A DNA stretch of 64,000 nt from Vitrella brassicaformis CCMP3155. Its lineage: Eukaryota > Protista > Chromerida. Both the position numbers and the translations under genes were made by a program. Each line of letters begins with the position of its first letter. Position 1 is the stretch's first letter. Below, piece by piece: positions 25,652 through 39,301 of this stretch. Under the pieces are notes generated by a model that was given only the letters and a program-made list of their open reading frames with translations, was not told the origin of the DNA and ran no database searches. The DNA is taken from contig CDMY01000204.1 in the NCBI GenBank assembly GCA_001179505.1, positions 1 through 64,000 of the forward strand, read 5' to 3'.

Positions 25652-25854
25652 CCTCAACAGGTATCTACGACACACTCGCGAAGCAGCAGCTTGGCAGCAG
25701 CGGTTTCACAGAGCACCCTAGGCGGCCCAAGCGAACATTTGCGAGCTTAGCAGAGGGAGGGAAGGGAGAAGGAGCGAAGGAAAGGGACAAAGACCTTCAT
25801 TTCCATGTGCTGAAGTTGCGCGGGTTTCAGCAGATCCGCAGCCGAGCCCTTTCA

Positions 25855-27956
25855 ATGTCGACAATTCTTGACAAGATCTGCGAGCGCAAGAGGGTGGAGG
25901 TGGCTGATTTGAAGCGGCGGCTGTCCCAGGACCCCTCCCATCCCATCCACGCCATTCTCTCATCCACCAGGCCCAACCCACGCCGATTCGAGGCCGCCCT
26001 CCGGGCGCCCGGCCTGTCGGTGATTTCTGAGGTGAAGCGCAAGTCCCCGTCTGCCGGCAGCATCGGTGCCATCCCTGACCCACTCGCCCTCGGCAAGACT
26101 TACCAGGACGGAGGCGCTTCGTGCATCTCATGTCTGACCGACTACGAGGCCTTTGGCGGCACTCTTGATGACCTGCTCGCACTGCGCGAGGAGGTGACGA
26201 TTCCCATCCTGCGGAAGGACTTCACCGTGGACCTTGTGCAGATAGCCGAGGCGATATGGGCGGGGTCGTCGGCAGTGCTGCTGATAGTAGCGGTGCTCAA
26301 GGACGAGACGGCGTGGTTCATCCAGAAGTGTGAGGAGCTGGGCATCGACGCCCTGGTGGAGGTGCACGACGAGGCGGAGCTGAGGATAGCTGTGGAGGGC
26401 AAGGCGAGGATTATCGGGGTTAACAGCCGCAACCTCAAGACATTCCACACCGACCTGGCGGTGGCGGAGCGGCTGGCCAAACACCTCCCCGATGGCATCG
26501 TCAAGGTGGCCGAGTCGGGCATACATCACCCAGAAGACGCACGAAGGATGTACAGAGCTGGTACGTACGGCGGAAAGGGAGGGGGTGGCCATGGGTGAGA
26601 GAGAATGATATGTATATGAATCTGTGTCTGTCACGTTACCCGCCCTAAGGTTATGATGCGGTGCTGGTTGGTGAGTCGCTGGTTAAGGCTGCAGACCCCG
26701 GAGTGTTCATCCAGCAGATGAGGGGCATGCTGCCCTTCCAGCCCAGGCCACCCGCCATCAAGATATGCGGCCTCACGGACCCACACACAGCTGCCCACGC
26801 GGCAAAGGCGGGGGCGCACTTCGTCGGCATTGTCTTCGCAAAGGTAGCATCCGTTAAAGGGATAGTAAAGGAAGGGCCCTATTTGTGTTTGTTCTGATCC
26901 TCAGGGTTCCAAGCGCTTCGTGGGTTCGGTCGACCGTGCGTCAGAGGTGAGCAAGGCAGCGGCGGCTGAAGGGGCCGAGGCGTGGGGCGTCTTTACGGAA
27001 CAATCGGCTGACGAAATCATCGACATTGTCAACACAGCACAACTGAAGGTCAGTGGGAACCCACTAAGGGAGGCATCCCTTAGTGTCTCTGCATCCTCAT
27101 GTGTGACTATGCTCGGGACTGACCAGGGTGTCCAGTTGCACGGCGATGGGTGCCGTGCGGCCTTCGCAGAGATCGACGCCAGGCTCCCGCCGACAGTGCG
27201 AAGGTCAGTAAAGCATCCATCAACCAACCATGAAACATAGCCCTGGACTGGATGGATAAAGGCGTCTTCTGTCTGTGCTAACGATGCGTGTCATTTGCAG
27301 GGTGTACGTGTGCAGCGTGTCTGAGGATGGGCACGTATCCCACGAGCTGCCGCCCGCAGTCAAGGCCTCACTGCAGAAGCACCGCGACTACGTCCTGTAC
27401 GATGGGGTGAGGCCCGGAGCGGGGACGCCATTCGAGTGGGTAAGTTTGAGGGGGCCTTGCGGAGTCACAGGCTGAGTGGGTACACAGAAGGATTCATGGA
27501 TGTTTGTAGGAGCTGTTCCATCCCGATCGCGAGTTACCCTTCTTTCTTGCGGGGGGCCTAGCGCCGGAAAACGTCGCTGAGGGTACACTCAGAGAGACAG
27601 AGTTCTCTAGAGAACACTGCATTGTCCGCCGCTTGTGTCTGTGGGCGCGCATGCCTTGTGCGAATGCAGCCTTGGCTCAGGTTCATCCGACGGGGGTGGA
27701 CGTGTCAAGCGGCGTTGAAGAGACACCAGGTGGGTACATGTGTAGTCGACGGAGCCGTGAAGCCGTCATGTTGTCATTCGTCCGTCCACAGGGTGTGGTC
27801 GGAAGGACCCGGCCAGGATGGTCTCGTTCATCGAGGCAGTCAGGACCGCCAAAGCATCCCCCACAGCTGTGCAGGCACCGACTGTATGTGCCAACGGGCT
27901 CACCTGACCTACAAGCGTGGGCCAGGCAACTTGCTGAGGGCGCATGGATCCATTGA
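25855..27956 (+). CDS. trpCF: Bifunctional indole-3-glycerol-phosphate synthase / phosphoribosylanthranilate isomerase
   Basis: IGPS motifs VISEVKRKSPS, ILRKDF, LVEVH, IIGVNSRNL, VAESGI. PRAI motifs IKICGLT, GVQLHG, FLAGGL-PENV, GVDVSSGVE. First in-frame ATG is 25855; the ORF-track start at 25807 is GTG. Confidence 0.95.
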
Positions 27957-28349
27957 ACCATATTGTGGATCGGTCCTGTACGCCAAGTGATACCAGCAAA
28001 CGTGTTTTTGTGTGCGTCCATGAGCCAGTGAAGCGTTATAGCTTTCCTTGTTTGAATCGCCCTGCTAGGAGCTTTTTTGAATTGTAGATGCATGCAAGCA
28101 GCTGGGTGTGGAGTAGGAGTGAGGTAGGCCGGTCGAACAAACTGTCTATGAGAGACCAGCTGCACATGGGTACATGAACGTTTGTTATCGATGTTCGTCC
28201 GAGTGAGCCTGTCATTGAACGGCACCCCCTCACAGACCCGCCACACGTAAATCCCGTTTCGCCCGTTTACACGAGCAGTAGTGTAGGCAGAACAGCCGCT
28301 TGGTTTTTCCTCCGGACGGCTAGGGCATCCCGTGAAGATACGATAGGAC

Positions 28350-28522
28350 AGACACAAAGAACAGACAGTGCAGAGGAGGACAGAGGCTTTCTCGCGTACA
28401 AACACACATTAATTATACGGATCTATCTGCTGTTCTCCTATTCTCTTCTTGTCAATACGCACACACCACAACACACCATGCCACCACGCTGCGTGTACGT
28501 GTGCCGAAAGACCAACTGCATG
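28350..28522. repeat. Dispersed non-coding repeat, copy 2
   Basis: Same orientation and same conserved blocks as 1737-1963, with shorter internal microsatellites. Confidence 0.85.
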
Positions 28523-28580
28523 AAGCTTGCGGGTTTTTGGCTAGAGCAAAGAAGCGACGGTATATCGCGAGGCTGAAGCG

Positions 28581-29320
28581 ATGGCGTGTGTCCTTCCAAC
28601 ATGGAGGCGCCAATTCATCATCCCGCTGATCATCTCAACAGCTAAAGCATTCTCCCTCCCCATCGCCCACGCACTGGTGTCATCAGCCAGATCCCAACCC
28701 AGCCGAAGACAGACATCTCTGTTGTCCAGCCGGCGGTCCTTCCTCACCTCACTTAGTCCCCTCCTGTTGCCCCTTGCCGCTTTCGGAAAGAAGCCAGCGT
28801 ACGATGACGAAGCAAGCGCGTTGGCTGCGGCCGCCTCATCAAGGCCGGCAATTCGCTCGTTTCGAGACTCGTTGGATGACTTACGAAGGAGCAATTCCAA
28901 TCGCTTTGATGGCCGCGTCAGGTAAGAGGGTCGCCTGGTCTGTCTTATCTTCACACTCAATGGCACTGAACGTCCCCCGTCTTTCCCTTGTGGCAGCTGG
29001 CAGGAGTACCGTGTCACTTTCGGACGGGCCGTGAAGCCCCTGTCGCTTGCCTTGCCCCAGCTGGCAGGAGTAGACCCTGACATAGCGGAGGAGCTGACAC
29101 AAGACGTGCGTACTGAGGGCACACGTCGGCTATTTCCCTGCTATGCCACCGTGTGTGTGTTCAGATCATGCGTTGCGATACCGCCCTGTACAACAACATC
29201 TTCGCCAACAGTAGTGGGGGCGGGATCGGATATGACATCGACACGCCCTTACGATTTGTGGACCGCATACTGGTGGGGCTGGATGACATAGAGCGCGAGG
29301 GTTTCAGGAACATAGAATAG
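28581..29320 (+). CDS. Putative plastid (thylakoid lumen) protein with tripartite presequence
   Basis: Signal-like FIIPLIISTAKA|F, an S/R-rich transit-like stretch, then twin-Arg SRRSFL plus a hydrophobic helix. Three exons ending GFRNIE, TAG at 29318-29320. Confidence 0.6.
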
Positions 29321-29590
29321 TCGATCAGCACAGGCCGGGTGCGGGCTCCGTAGGTAGGTGGGTTGGTGTATTTGTCGAGACCCGGGCTGTTGTTGGATGG
29401 ACATTGACTGACCTGCAAGTGTGCATTTTTCGTCCTCAAACTGTCTACAGCCTCTCGATATAGCGACTCTCAACTATCTCGTCCATTTCTAAGACACGAC
29501 AGACGAAAAGGACAGAACCGGAACAAGGCTCCGCCAACAATTTCTACGACGATGTGGGCACCGCAGCCGACCGAGGAGAGCTTTTTTCTC

Positions 29591-30448
29591 TTAGTGCTGG
29601 TAGTCAACATACACCTCAATGTACCTGAGTTGGACACACACCCACCAGGAGGACAGCGGACATCCATGTATAGCCATGCAGCCCGATCCCTATTCACCGG
29701 TCTCCCAGGTATCTCCTATGCAGCTGGTCCCGGGCTCTTCTTGCCTGACGGACCGCACACAGTCACAGCAACGATAGCCTGCAATTTCGTGCGTACCTCG
29801 TCCTCCCGGTTAAAATACACAAACGCATGACCCGTCGGCTTGCCCGCCTTGTCTGCGACAGGAAATGAAGCCCGGTGGATTGTCCCTGATGCTAGCACAA
29901 GCTTAACACACATACCTTTCACGAACTCGAAGCAGAAAGGAAAACTCCGGGCGACATCGTAGCCTGCAAGCACGAAGGGCGGTGACACGAACCAATTACA
30001 TGCGGTGTTCGACGGTGGCTGACCTTCGAAGAAATACTCCAGATCAGTTATAGTGGCGGAGGAGGGAAGGCCCTGCCACACACGAAAACCACAAAGGACA
30101 CATTCGCATAGCAGATCCAGCCAGCTCTACACACGATCCATATCCTTGCATCGTATTTCATCATACCCGCAGGCGCACCCTGGGTGGCCTCCTGTCAGCC
30201 TTCCAATCCTTCGTGCGGCCATACTGACTGAAGACCTTCTCCTGCCGCTCCCGCACCTCGACATCAAGGTCATCTGTCCGCCATCTGTTCTTTTCCCTGA
30301 TTCTCTTCTTGTGCAGCGCCGTGCTGGGCGAGTCGGGCAACATGCGGTCAGTGATGCTTCTAACGGCATCGCTTTGGAGGCGCGCTGAAATGGATGGCTG
30401 AGACCGCCGCGAAAGAACCACAGGAAGGCGCAGGCTGTGCCGAAGCAT
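29591..30448 (-). CDS. hnRNP F/H-type (quasi-RRM) RNA-binding protein, probably organelle-targeted
   Basis: RVRLR|GLPSSATITDLEYFFEG...GKPTGHAFVYF...LHRRYLGDR|YIEVY is the qRRM signature; the N-terminus MLRHSLRLPVVLSRRS is R/S/L-rich. Confidence 0.8.
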
Positions 30449-30613
30449 GAGTCTTCAGACGACGGTTTTAAGGGCTGCGAGCGTAAAAGGGTAAGGGCGC
30501 TGAAGTTCGCAAATTCATCTGTACAGGCGTGCACGTGGGCTTGAATGTGAGGGAGCTGTTGCTGTGAAGAGAAACGAACCGGGTGTCCGGGGCCCTCCTT
30601 CTTCCTCTGCCTA

Positions 30614-33600
30614 ATGAACAGGGCGAGACGGAAGCGGCAGGTGGCCAACCGCAAACCGGCCGAACCAGACGGTGAGTGTCCAATCGATGCTCTTACATCT
30701 CAATCTGTTCGCGTGCCGTTTTCTTTCGAAACAAACGCATCAAACTGTCCCTTCTGCCCACCTCGTTCAGGCGGGGAGGTGAGTGACGAGGTGGACGACC
30801 TGCCAGCAGCCACCCCGGCAGCCATGCAGAAAGACGGCAGACCCGTGTGCGTGTAAGGCTGCACAGGATGGACAAACGAAAGAGAGGCCCACAGGGTGCG
30901 ATAACCCCGTGTCGATGCGTCCGCTGCAGGCCGATGAACATGCTTGTCGCGCCCGCGCCCGACTACAGCTCGTCCGTGGCCCCCCATCCGCCAATTCCAG
31001 AGCCTCTGTACAGCGCCCCACCGTCACTCATGGACGACATACAGAGGCACGAGAACCAACGGGCAAGTGGGATCCTTCATAGGTTTTGTCGCCATGTGAG
31101 ACCCATTCTTGCTCTGATCATGCTTCTTCCTTGAATCAGAGTGCCAGGCCCGAACTCTTCATCAACAGAGTAGTGTTCGACAGCTTCGACAGCAACGTGG
31201 AGGGGGGCAGCGAGCCAGCCACCTCTGGCGCGGGGACAGGGGCAGGATACGCGAGTGGGGACACGACCCTGACGTTTGAGAGCCGGTTCGTTTTTGAGTA
31301 GTCGAGACAAAGTCGACCGGTGTCTCAATAATGGTGAGGTTCCTATACATATCTGTATTCCTGTCAGGTTTGAGAGCGGCAACCTCAGGCGGGCTGTTCA
31401 AGTGTAAGCGAAGAATGAGGCTGTGTCATTAACATGTATCATTGTGGCTGTGTTTTGGCTCTGCATACCCATACACCAGGGGTGAATGGGAGTACGACCT
31501 CTACTTGAACCCGGACTGGTACGAACAAAACAACGCGATATGGGACAGACGTGCACAAATGCTGCGTATGTGACTCAGGCTGACCAAAACACACACACAA
31601 TGGTAGGGAGCGAGGGAGACACAAGGATGCGGAAGGAGACTCAAGGGGAGTGGGGCTATGCTTTCTGTTGCCTCTCAGGTATCACTACCGTCTGTCGAAC
31701 ACACGCCGCGGACCGAAGTACAAGGTCAGTCAACAGATAATGCGTATACAGCGAAGGATGTCAATCGCATTCAACACATAGTGTCCCGGTGCCCGTCAGT
31801 TCAACATCGTGAACATGGTCAAGCCCTCGTCAGTGTACTCGGAAGGACAGCGGCCCCTCTGCTACTCAGTCAAGGCGGCGGCCGAGTGCGGTCTGGGATG
31901 GCATCGGTGCGGCATCGACATCGCCTACTATCCAAATAGCCTCGGCAACAAAGTTCGTAGGGACAGCTCACCCGCAGCACAGCCGCCAAACAATAGCAAC
32001 AGCAGCAGTAGCAACAAACAGATCGCCTTCTACACGCTCACCTTCGCCGCGCAATTTGAATGTAGGCAACATGGATGCAAGAAAGGGAAACACATTCCTG
32101 CGTGCCTGTGTAACGCATAGATGACAACGACACTGTGTCGTTCGCCCACTGCTACCCATACACACTCACCGACCTGCAACGGTAGGCGAGTTGCCAAAAA
32201 GGAGACCATCACTATCTCTTTTTACCGCATTATTCCAGGTACATGTCTGCATTGGAAGCAGGTAGCCTGTTCTGGTCGTCAGCTTCATCTATTCATTCAT
32301 TGATTGCGTCTCCAATGAACTGCGCAGACCCCTTTCGTTCGCAGTGGCTCAGGCGACGTCGACTCTGCGAAACTCTGGCGGGCAACGCGTAAAGTCACTA
32401 CATATGAACACGATTGATCTCAGCGTACACTTTCCCTCTCCTGCCGCCAGGTGTGACCTGATCACCATAACGTCTTTCAGTTCGAATCACGAGGAAATGA
32501 GACGTCGCAAGGGAGTCGTCATTACCGGTGAGACAGCCAGGCAGCTTCTCAAACAAAAGAAAGTTCATTTTGTCGGGTGCATGTGTCATGTGTCATGTGT
32601 CTTCAGCTCGTGTTCATCCAGGTGTAAGTGTCTGAGTGCATCTGTCTCGCACCTTTTTTCACCCGGTGCACGTGTCTCACTGCTTCTGTCATTAGGAGAG
32701 TAACGCCAGTTGGATGATGCATGTGAGTCGCGAAAGAAAGGAAAAGAGAAACAGCCCCATGTACACACCAGGAATGCGGTTTCAGGGAGTGCTGGATTTC
32801 CTAACGGTACCGTATGTCACTCATTCATCATGCGCCCCTACACTCATTCATCATGGGCTAGGGGCGCATGATGAATGAGTGTTGGCCATGCTGGGATGTT
32901 CACATATCTCACGCTCAGGGCGAAACGCCAGAGGCCCATGCGCTGCGCGAGGGCTATGTGTTTAAGGTGGTCACTCATTCATCATTCTTCATCGCACATG
33001 ATCGTTTGTCTGTGTTTGTCGATGCTTGTCTGGTTGTCTGGGCTCGCTCCTTCAGCTCATTCCTATGCTCAATCCCGACGGAGTGGTTGTAGGGAACTAC
33101 AGGTCTCTGGCATGTGATTGACAGGAAGGAAGATCGATCGATCCTCCAACACTAGTTGCATGTGCTTGTCTGGATATGCCACGCTCCGCAGGTGTTCGCT
33201 GTCGGGCCAGGATCTGAACAGGTAAGACTGACTGGTCAGCAAGGCAACACCGAGTTTGATATTTCCTTCGCGCTGCGTCCATCTGAACAGATGCTGGATA
33301 GACCCATCCCGCCGGTTGCATCCCACCATCTTCTGCACAAAGCAGATGGTCTGTCGCCTGCAGGAGGACCGTGAGGTCGTGCTCTTTTGCGACCTTCACG
33401 GACATTCGCGAAAGTGCGACGTAGAACCTCCAGGACACTGCAGCATGACTCACAGATGGCACTGGGTGATTCATTCGGCGCGTCTGTGTCTGTGTCTGTT
33501 TCTGTTTCTGTGTCTGTGTCTGTGATGGCAATGGGAAATGACCGCTGACCCCTCTGCTTGAACGAAGGAAGAACATGTAAGCAGGATAAGCTGTAAGTCA

Positions 33601-35835
33601 ACCGAGCCACTTCCAGGATCGCTTGTTCCAATTTTCGCTTGTTTCAATTTGTAGGTTCATGTAAGCAGGACGCCAGGAGGACGCCAAGCGGGCAGAATAA
33701 TCAATACACCGGCCTTGGGCATGCGTGCAGGTATGGCAATAGTTTGGAGGACAGCCGCAGCTGTCGAGAGCGCGTGTTTCCTTACTTGGTAAGCAGATCC
33801 CTTACTTGGTACGATCGGAGGCTCCACGCCGGCATGTGTCTATCTCTCTGTCTGCCTTACCCTTCACGTCTCCTCGTTTCAGCTTTCACAAGCCGTCGAG
33901 TACTTTGACTTTGGAGACTGTAACTTTCGCATACAGAAAGCAAAGGAGGCGACGGCCAGGGTATTCAACATGCACATCTGTGTCTTGTTCCCACTCCACT
34001 TATGGACACTCTATGGCTCCATCAACGATAGGTCGTGATGTATCGGGAGCTGTCAATCTCCAACAGCTACACGCTCGAGGTGTCCGCGCATGTCCTACTG
34101 ATGCTGCTGCTGGATGGTGGATGTATGATGTGTGGCAGGCCTCGTTTTGCGGCAGTGATGTGGACCACCACTCGGGCTCTCACTTCAACACCACAAATTA
34201 TCAGCACATGGGACGGATGCTCTGTTCGACGATCCTTGAATGGGCGAAGCCCGACCAGGTCAGGGTTGCCAGTGCGCTAGTGGAACTGCAGGCCATGATG
34301 GCGGCCGAGAGTGAGGAGCACGTAGCAGAGGAGGAACAAGACGTGAGCGACCCAGAGGATGACGAACCGGCGACAGACCAGCCCACCAAAACCACACGTG
34401 ACAAGCCCACTGCCAAGGACAGAGAGGATTCAAATGGCGCCAAACTCATCCGCGCCCAGCAACAGCAGCAACAGAAGAGACGCACAAGGCGCCGGGCCCT
34501 TCGCGAGGCCGCCTTTATTGCCGAAATGACCGAGCTCAACAATACGGCTTTCTTCATGCCTTCGATCATCAGAGACGTCACAGCGAAGACACCGAGCGTC
34601 GTTAGAAGAGGACAAGCCACCAGAGGACAGAATGCAGGGGAGCTGAGGCGTACTGAGTCGTTGGGGTCGTCCAGCAATGGGATGGCACCTTGCAGCAGCG
34701 CCAACGCGAGGAAGGGCCGTGAGGGGGATGCAGCCCGCAGAGACATGTCCATGGATGGGAGGCTGCAGCATACTGCACTGCCCGCGACCGGAGGGTATGA
34801 ATGCTCGATCGATCCCGAACTGCATGAGGTCTCCCGTCGTCTTCTCATTTCCTATCCATGCTTTGCCAGTGGCAGGAGCAAGGTGCCGCGTAAAGCCCCG
34901 GAAACGCCCCCGAACAAGCCACTAGCAGCAAAGAGCAGTCAGAAGGGCGTCACCGGAACCAACGCCAACGGGCCGCCCACCCTGCTGCCGGCCAGACCGG
35001 TCCACAGACTGCTGCTGCCTCACGCCGGGACATTAAAGCGCACCTCGACACCCCCGTCCCCTGCATTGATGCGACCACCCAGTCAGCCACCGTTCTCCCC
35101 CTCACCGTCGCCCCCTCCCTCATATCAGCAGTGGGTGGGCGGCAGACTGCAGGGAGGCAGGAGAAGCGACTTGCCAGGCGGTGGCGCTGGCACAGCCAGC
35201 CAGAGGGGCGGCAATGGGGGAAGGGGAAGGGCCTCTCGTCCTCTACCCTTGATGTCACTGAATGTGTCCGTCGAGGGCAAGACTGCCGCCAATCTGCTTG
35301 AGAGAGGTCAAGAGGTCAAGGCCAAAGGTGAGACAGCTGCGAATACATAAAATGTATGAATCTTACAGCACGACCACAAACCAATCGCAGGCGAGGTCAT
35401 GCCAAAGAGTGTATCACCGCGTCCCCTTCCTGTTGACAAGAAAGTCGACAAGAAGGGGAAGGAGGACGGCAAGGCGGTGGGCAACAGTAAAGATGCTGCC
35501 TGGGAAACAGTGGCGAAGGCGGGGAGTCACAAAAAGAACAAAGCACAAAAGGTGACAACACGAAGACTTGCGGCACATGGAGTCAAGTTTGTGAGTCACT
35601 TTTTGTGCTATTCTGTCTACTAGCGGAAGAAGCGTCAGTCAAAAAGCCGCGCCCCGCCACTCACCGCGACGCAGCCTACCGCGACGGGGCAGAGCGAAGA
35701 CGGATCTTATGCACCGCAGGATATGGCAGTGACAAGACCCGTGCCCCGTCCAACGCCATTCGCAGCACCATTACTGCCATTTCCGCCCTTCCTGTTGCTC
35801 CTTCGCCAGCCGTCGGGGGCGGGGCGCCTGCTTGA
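30614..35835 (+). CDS. Cytosolic carboxypeptidase (CCP/AGBL, M14 tubulin deglutamylase family)
   Basis: FESRF|ESGNLRRAV, EYDLYL, FAHCYPYT, RVHPGESNASWMM, PMLNPDGVVVGNYR, LFCDLHGHSRK, SYTLE|ASFCG, then a long disordered tail. Start and last exons are approximate. Confidence 0.9.
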
Positions 35836-35860
35836 CCCTGACCCTGGCTCGCGGAGCTAT

Positions 35861-36900
35861 CTATAGTGGAGAGTTGTGTGGTTTATGCCCTGACCGCCCT
35901 GATCGTGTGCAGAACCAACAAGCCTGACGCGTCAGGCAAAAGTATGAGCGTGTGTGGATTCTTGATAGTCCTTGCATTGGTCCGCGGGCGATCATGACAG
36001 TGTACAACAGTTGGCGGCCGTTCTTGTCGTATTGGTCTCGGTATTGTGCGCAAGTACCGAGCGATCCCTTGAACGCAAGGTCATTCATGTTTTTGAGACT
36101 CGGCCCACATGCTCTGCATGAAGACTGCGTCTGAAACACGCACGCCCACTCAGAGACATAGTGACCGATGATGAGCGGTTTGGCAGGGCATACTTCTTCT
36201 TCTCGTTTGAGGTTGCCTTGTGCTTCTTGGGCTTACTCGCCACCTTCTCCTTTTTGTCCAGCTCCACTTTCGCTGACCTCACTGGAATCGGCACCTGAAG
36301 TGAGGCACGGTCGAAGAATGAAGACAAACAGGCGCAGCGAATGTACAAACGTGGTGGTGTGCGTGTGTGCTTGGCGATGTGTGCCTCTCACCATCCACGA
36401 TTTCCTTGTGTGTTGGTCGTACTGTCGGAAGCAGACTCGTCACAGCGAGTGCATGTGTCTCTCTCAACAAAAGGGAGACACAGAGACCGCTCTTCTCAAA
36501 CAAGCAATCAGTGCGACAGATTCCTCAGAGTGCAACACACGGCACAAGACCGAGACCGGCATATGACATGTAGGTCTTGTCTTGTTGCTAGGCTGTATAC
36601 CACAAGCATGAGACTTTTGTCCGTGTGAGGAGACGCGACTTAGCCACGACATAGAGATGGAATCAATGTACTCATCAAAAAATGGTGCTTGCACTAACTG
36701 CTTCTTTGCCTCTAGGAGTGACACAAATGTAGACCTCCTTCTTGTGATGGCAAGCAGGCCATCTGGGGGGCCCTAAGACTCTGTTGGCCTTTGTTGGGTG
36801 GCGAGAGAGGTGGCTGATGTGCTGGATATTTGTGCAATCCACCGGGGAATTGAATTTCATCCATTCACTCATTTCATCAAGGGTCTTACGCACATGCAGG
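35861..36900 (-). CDS. Hypothetical multi-exon gene
   Basis: Coding-like segments bounded by AG/GT (DCLHVRKTLDEMSEWMKFNSP; VPIPVRSAKVELDKKEKVASKPKKHK); exon chain not resolved. Confidence 0.3.
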
Positions 36901-37298
36901 CAGTCCTACGCGAGGATACAAACACACGCATCACGCACGCACACACACGTATGAACCCCCGCGTCAAGGTCCTCCCTCTACCTATCTCTCTGTTCCTCCG
37001 CCTCACGAGCACACAGGCACATGCACATGCACACACAGCCAGCTTGTCACTGCACAGATGGCGCGAGGCGGGGTGGGCTATCGCACTGCCACTGTCTTGT
37101 GTGGTGTTTGTGTTGTATGTGTGCGTGTGTGTGCGTATGTATCTGTGTGTATCTGTGTGTGTGCAGCATGTGTGCATGTCACAGTCAGTGACGGGTCTTC
37201 GAATTCTTTCTGTCGGCGTTGCCGTGTGTGTGGTGTGGTGTGGTGTGGTTGGTGGGTCCGTCGGTGGATCCATCTACGTTCTATCTGCTCTGCTCTGC

Positions 37299-37825
37299 TC
37301 AGTCGCCGGATGCCTCGATCTCACGCTCGTAGCGCTGCTGGTCCTCCTCAGCCTGAACACACCACAACACACCACACAACACACATTCATCCATGTCTGT
37401 GGTTGCATGTGCTTGCGAGAAGCATCCGTGCCATGTCGATGTAGGGCTTCTTGTCCTCATCCTCCATCTCACGCCACTCCTTGCCTGCACACACCACCCA
37501 CCACACACACACCATGTCCGCATGACGCCTCCCCACATGCATCCGGCCGATCCATCGCATTACCCATTTTCTTGTGGATGCGGTGGCCCTTGATCCCCTG
37601 CTCCTTCAACTCCTCACGACGACCCGCAGCATAGTGCATGTCTGCACACCACACCCATGCGCCCACACATGGGAATGCACCGGCCACACATGTCGTATGG
37701 AGCAGGTGCATTCCCACCGGTGTGGTGTGCTTACATGAGTTTTTGGGCTCCTTGGGGTCCTTCTTGACACCCCCGCCGCCATTGGACTTGCTCCCGCTCG
37801 CAGACGTGCCCGCCTTCTTGACCAT
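37299..37825 (-). CDS. Small HMG-box protein
   Basis: KKDPKEPKN...HYAAGRREELK...KKMG|KEWREMEDEDKKPYIDM|AEEDQQRYEREIE matches the HMG-box consensus. Confidence 0.85.
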
Positions 37826-39301
37826 GGTCACGACACGATTCAACACGACCCAACACGACCCAACACGACAGTCGGTCCTCACGGACGACGCGCGCCGACA
37901 GGTAGCTGGAATGGACAAATGGGAACGGGATGCTGCCGGGGAAAACACAGATTTTGGTAAACACAGATTCTTGTAATCCATGCAGGTTGAGGTCGCCCAT
38001 GCAGTTTATATACGCACTGTACGTAATACGCCCCTCCCGAGGCGTGCCCATGCCAGGGACGTGGACAAACATTCTCGTCATACGCCGGACCTGCGTATGA
38101 CGAGAATGTAATCACCCAATATACAGATACAATCGTCACTTCGGGTTGTGTAGATGAGTTCGATAGGACTGTTAGCTATAGGTGAGACACACCATTGCTT
38201 GTTGCTTGTTTTGTGTGAGTGAGTGAGTGAGTGAGTGAGTGATCGATCATGAGTGATGTCGATGGGTGGGTGGGTGGGTGGGTGGGTGGCTGGGTGATTG
38301 AATGGATGGATGGCTGCAAGTGGTGAATCAGTGATATACAACGTTAACGGGAGACAGGCGCCGGCGACCATCGGCTCATTTTCGCTAGCTTTGTGCTGCT
38401 ATGCGGTAATGAAAATGAGGCGACCAGGTACGAAGACATAGAGGCATTCTACACGCTCACTCACGGTCAGCAATTTCAACGCCGTCTACAAATGGCTGAT
38501 TCATACCTATGTTCAGCTTGATCAATCAATCAATCACTCATTCATCCATCCATTCACCATTGCAAAGAGGTCTCAGAAGTGAATGACTCATTCAATCATT
38601 CGTTGACTCATTCATTCAGTTATTCATTCATTTTTTTTTTGCGGGGGGAAACTGTCATTAACCGTAACACTCGTCGTTTAACATTGAAAAAAGTTATTCA
38701 TTCATTCATTCACTTTCGGGCCATTCTCGAGTCTGTTTCTCGCGAGAAGAAGTCTGTCTCTCGTGAGAACGTGTTGTAGGAACATTGACCAAAGCCAAGG
38801 GCTACGATCACATTTTTCAGTCCAACAAAAGGAGTGCCACACAGCCAAGACAGGTCGTGTGTCTCGAGTCCCTTCGCCCGGAGGAACCAACAATACCAGA
38901 CAAAGAACACACACACACACACACACACGCACTCAAATGCGGGCGGGTTAGAAGAAGCGAGAGGCACCGTCGGGGTTTATGCATCCTTGTGTGTATGTGT
39001 TTTTAGCGAGGGGGGTGGATGGATGGGCATGGGGGTTGACAGGATGGACACTTGCTGGTAGTGTGTCAAGACAGCTGTGGGGCATCGACAGCCTCAACCA
39101 TCCATCCGTCCCCGTGGGGTGGATGGATTGGATGGGCATGGGGTTGGTGGATGGATGGGCATCTAGCTGTGTTGTCCCTTTGCACCAGCACCAGGCGACG
39201 AGATGGGCATTATCGCATGGTCCACTCATTATTCCGTCTTGCGGGGAACGCCAAGGGGCATGTTGCTCGACACGACTCCCGAAACACTGGGGAAATCTGA
39301 A

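Noticed and set aside
38580-38630. Similarity to 61808-61860 (gaatgactcattcaa...cattcattca)
   Set aside because: Largely a degenerate (TCAT)n simple repeat, so the similarity may be convergent.
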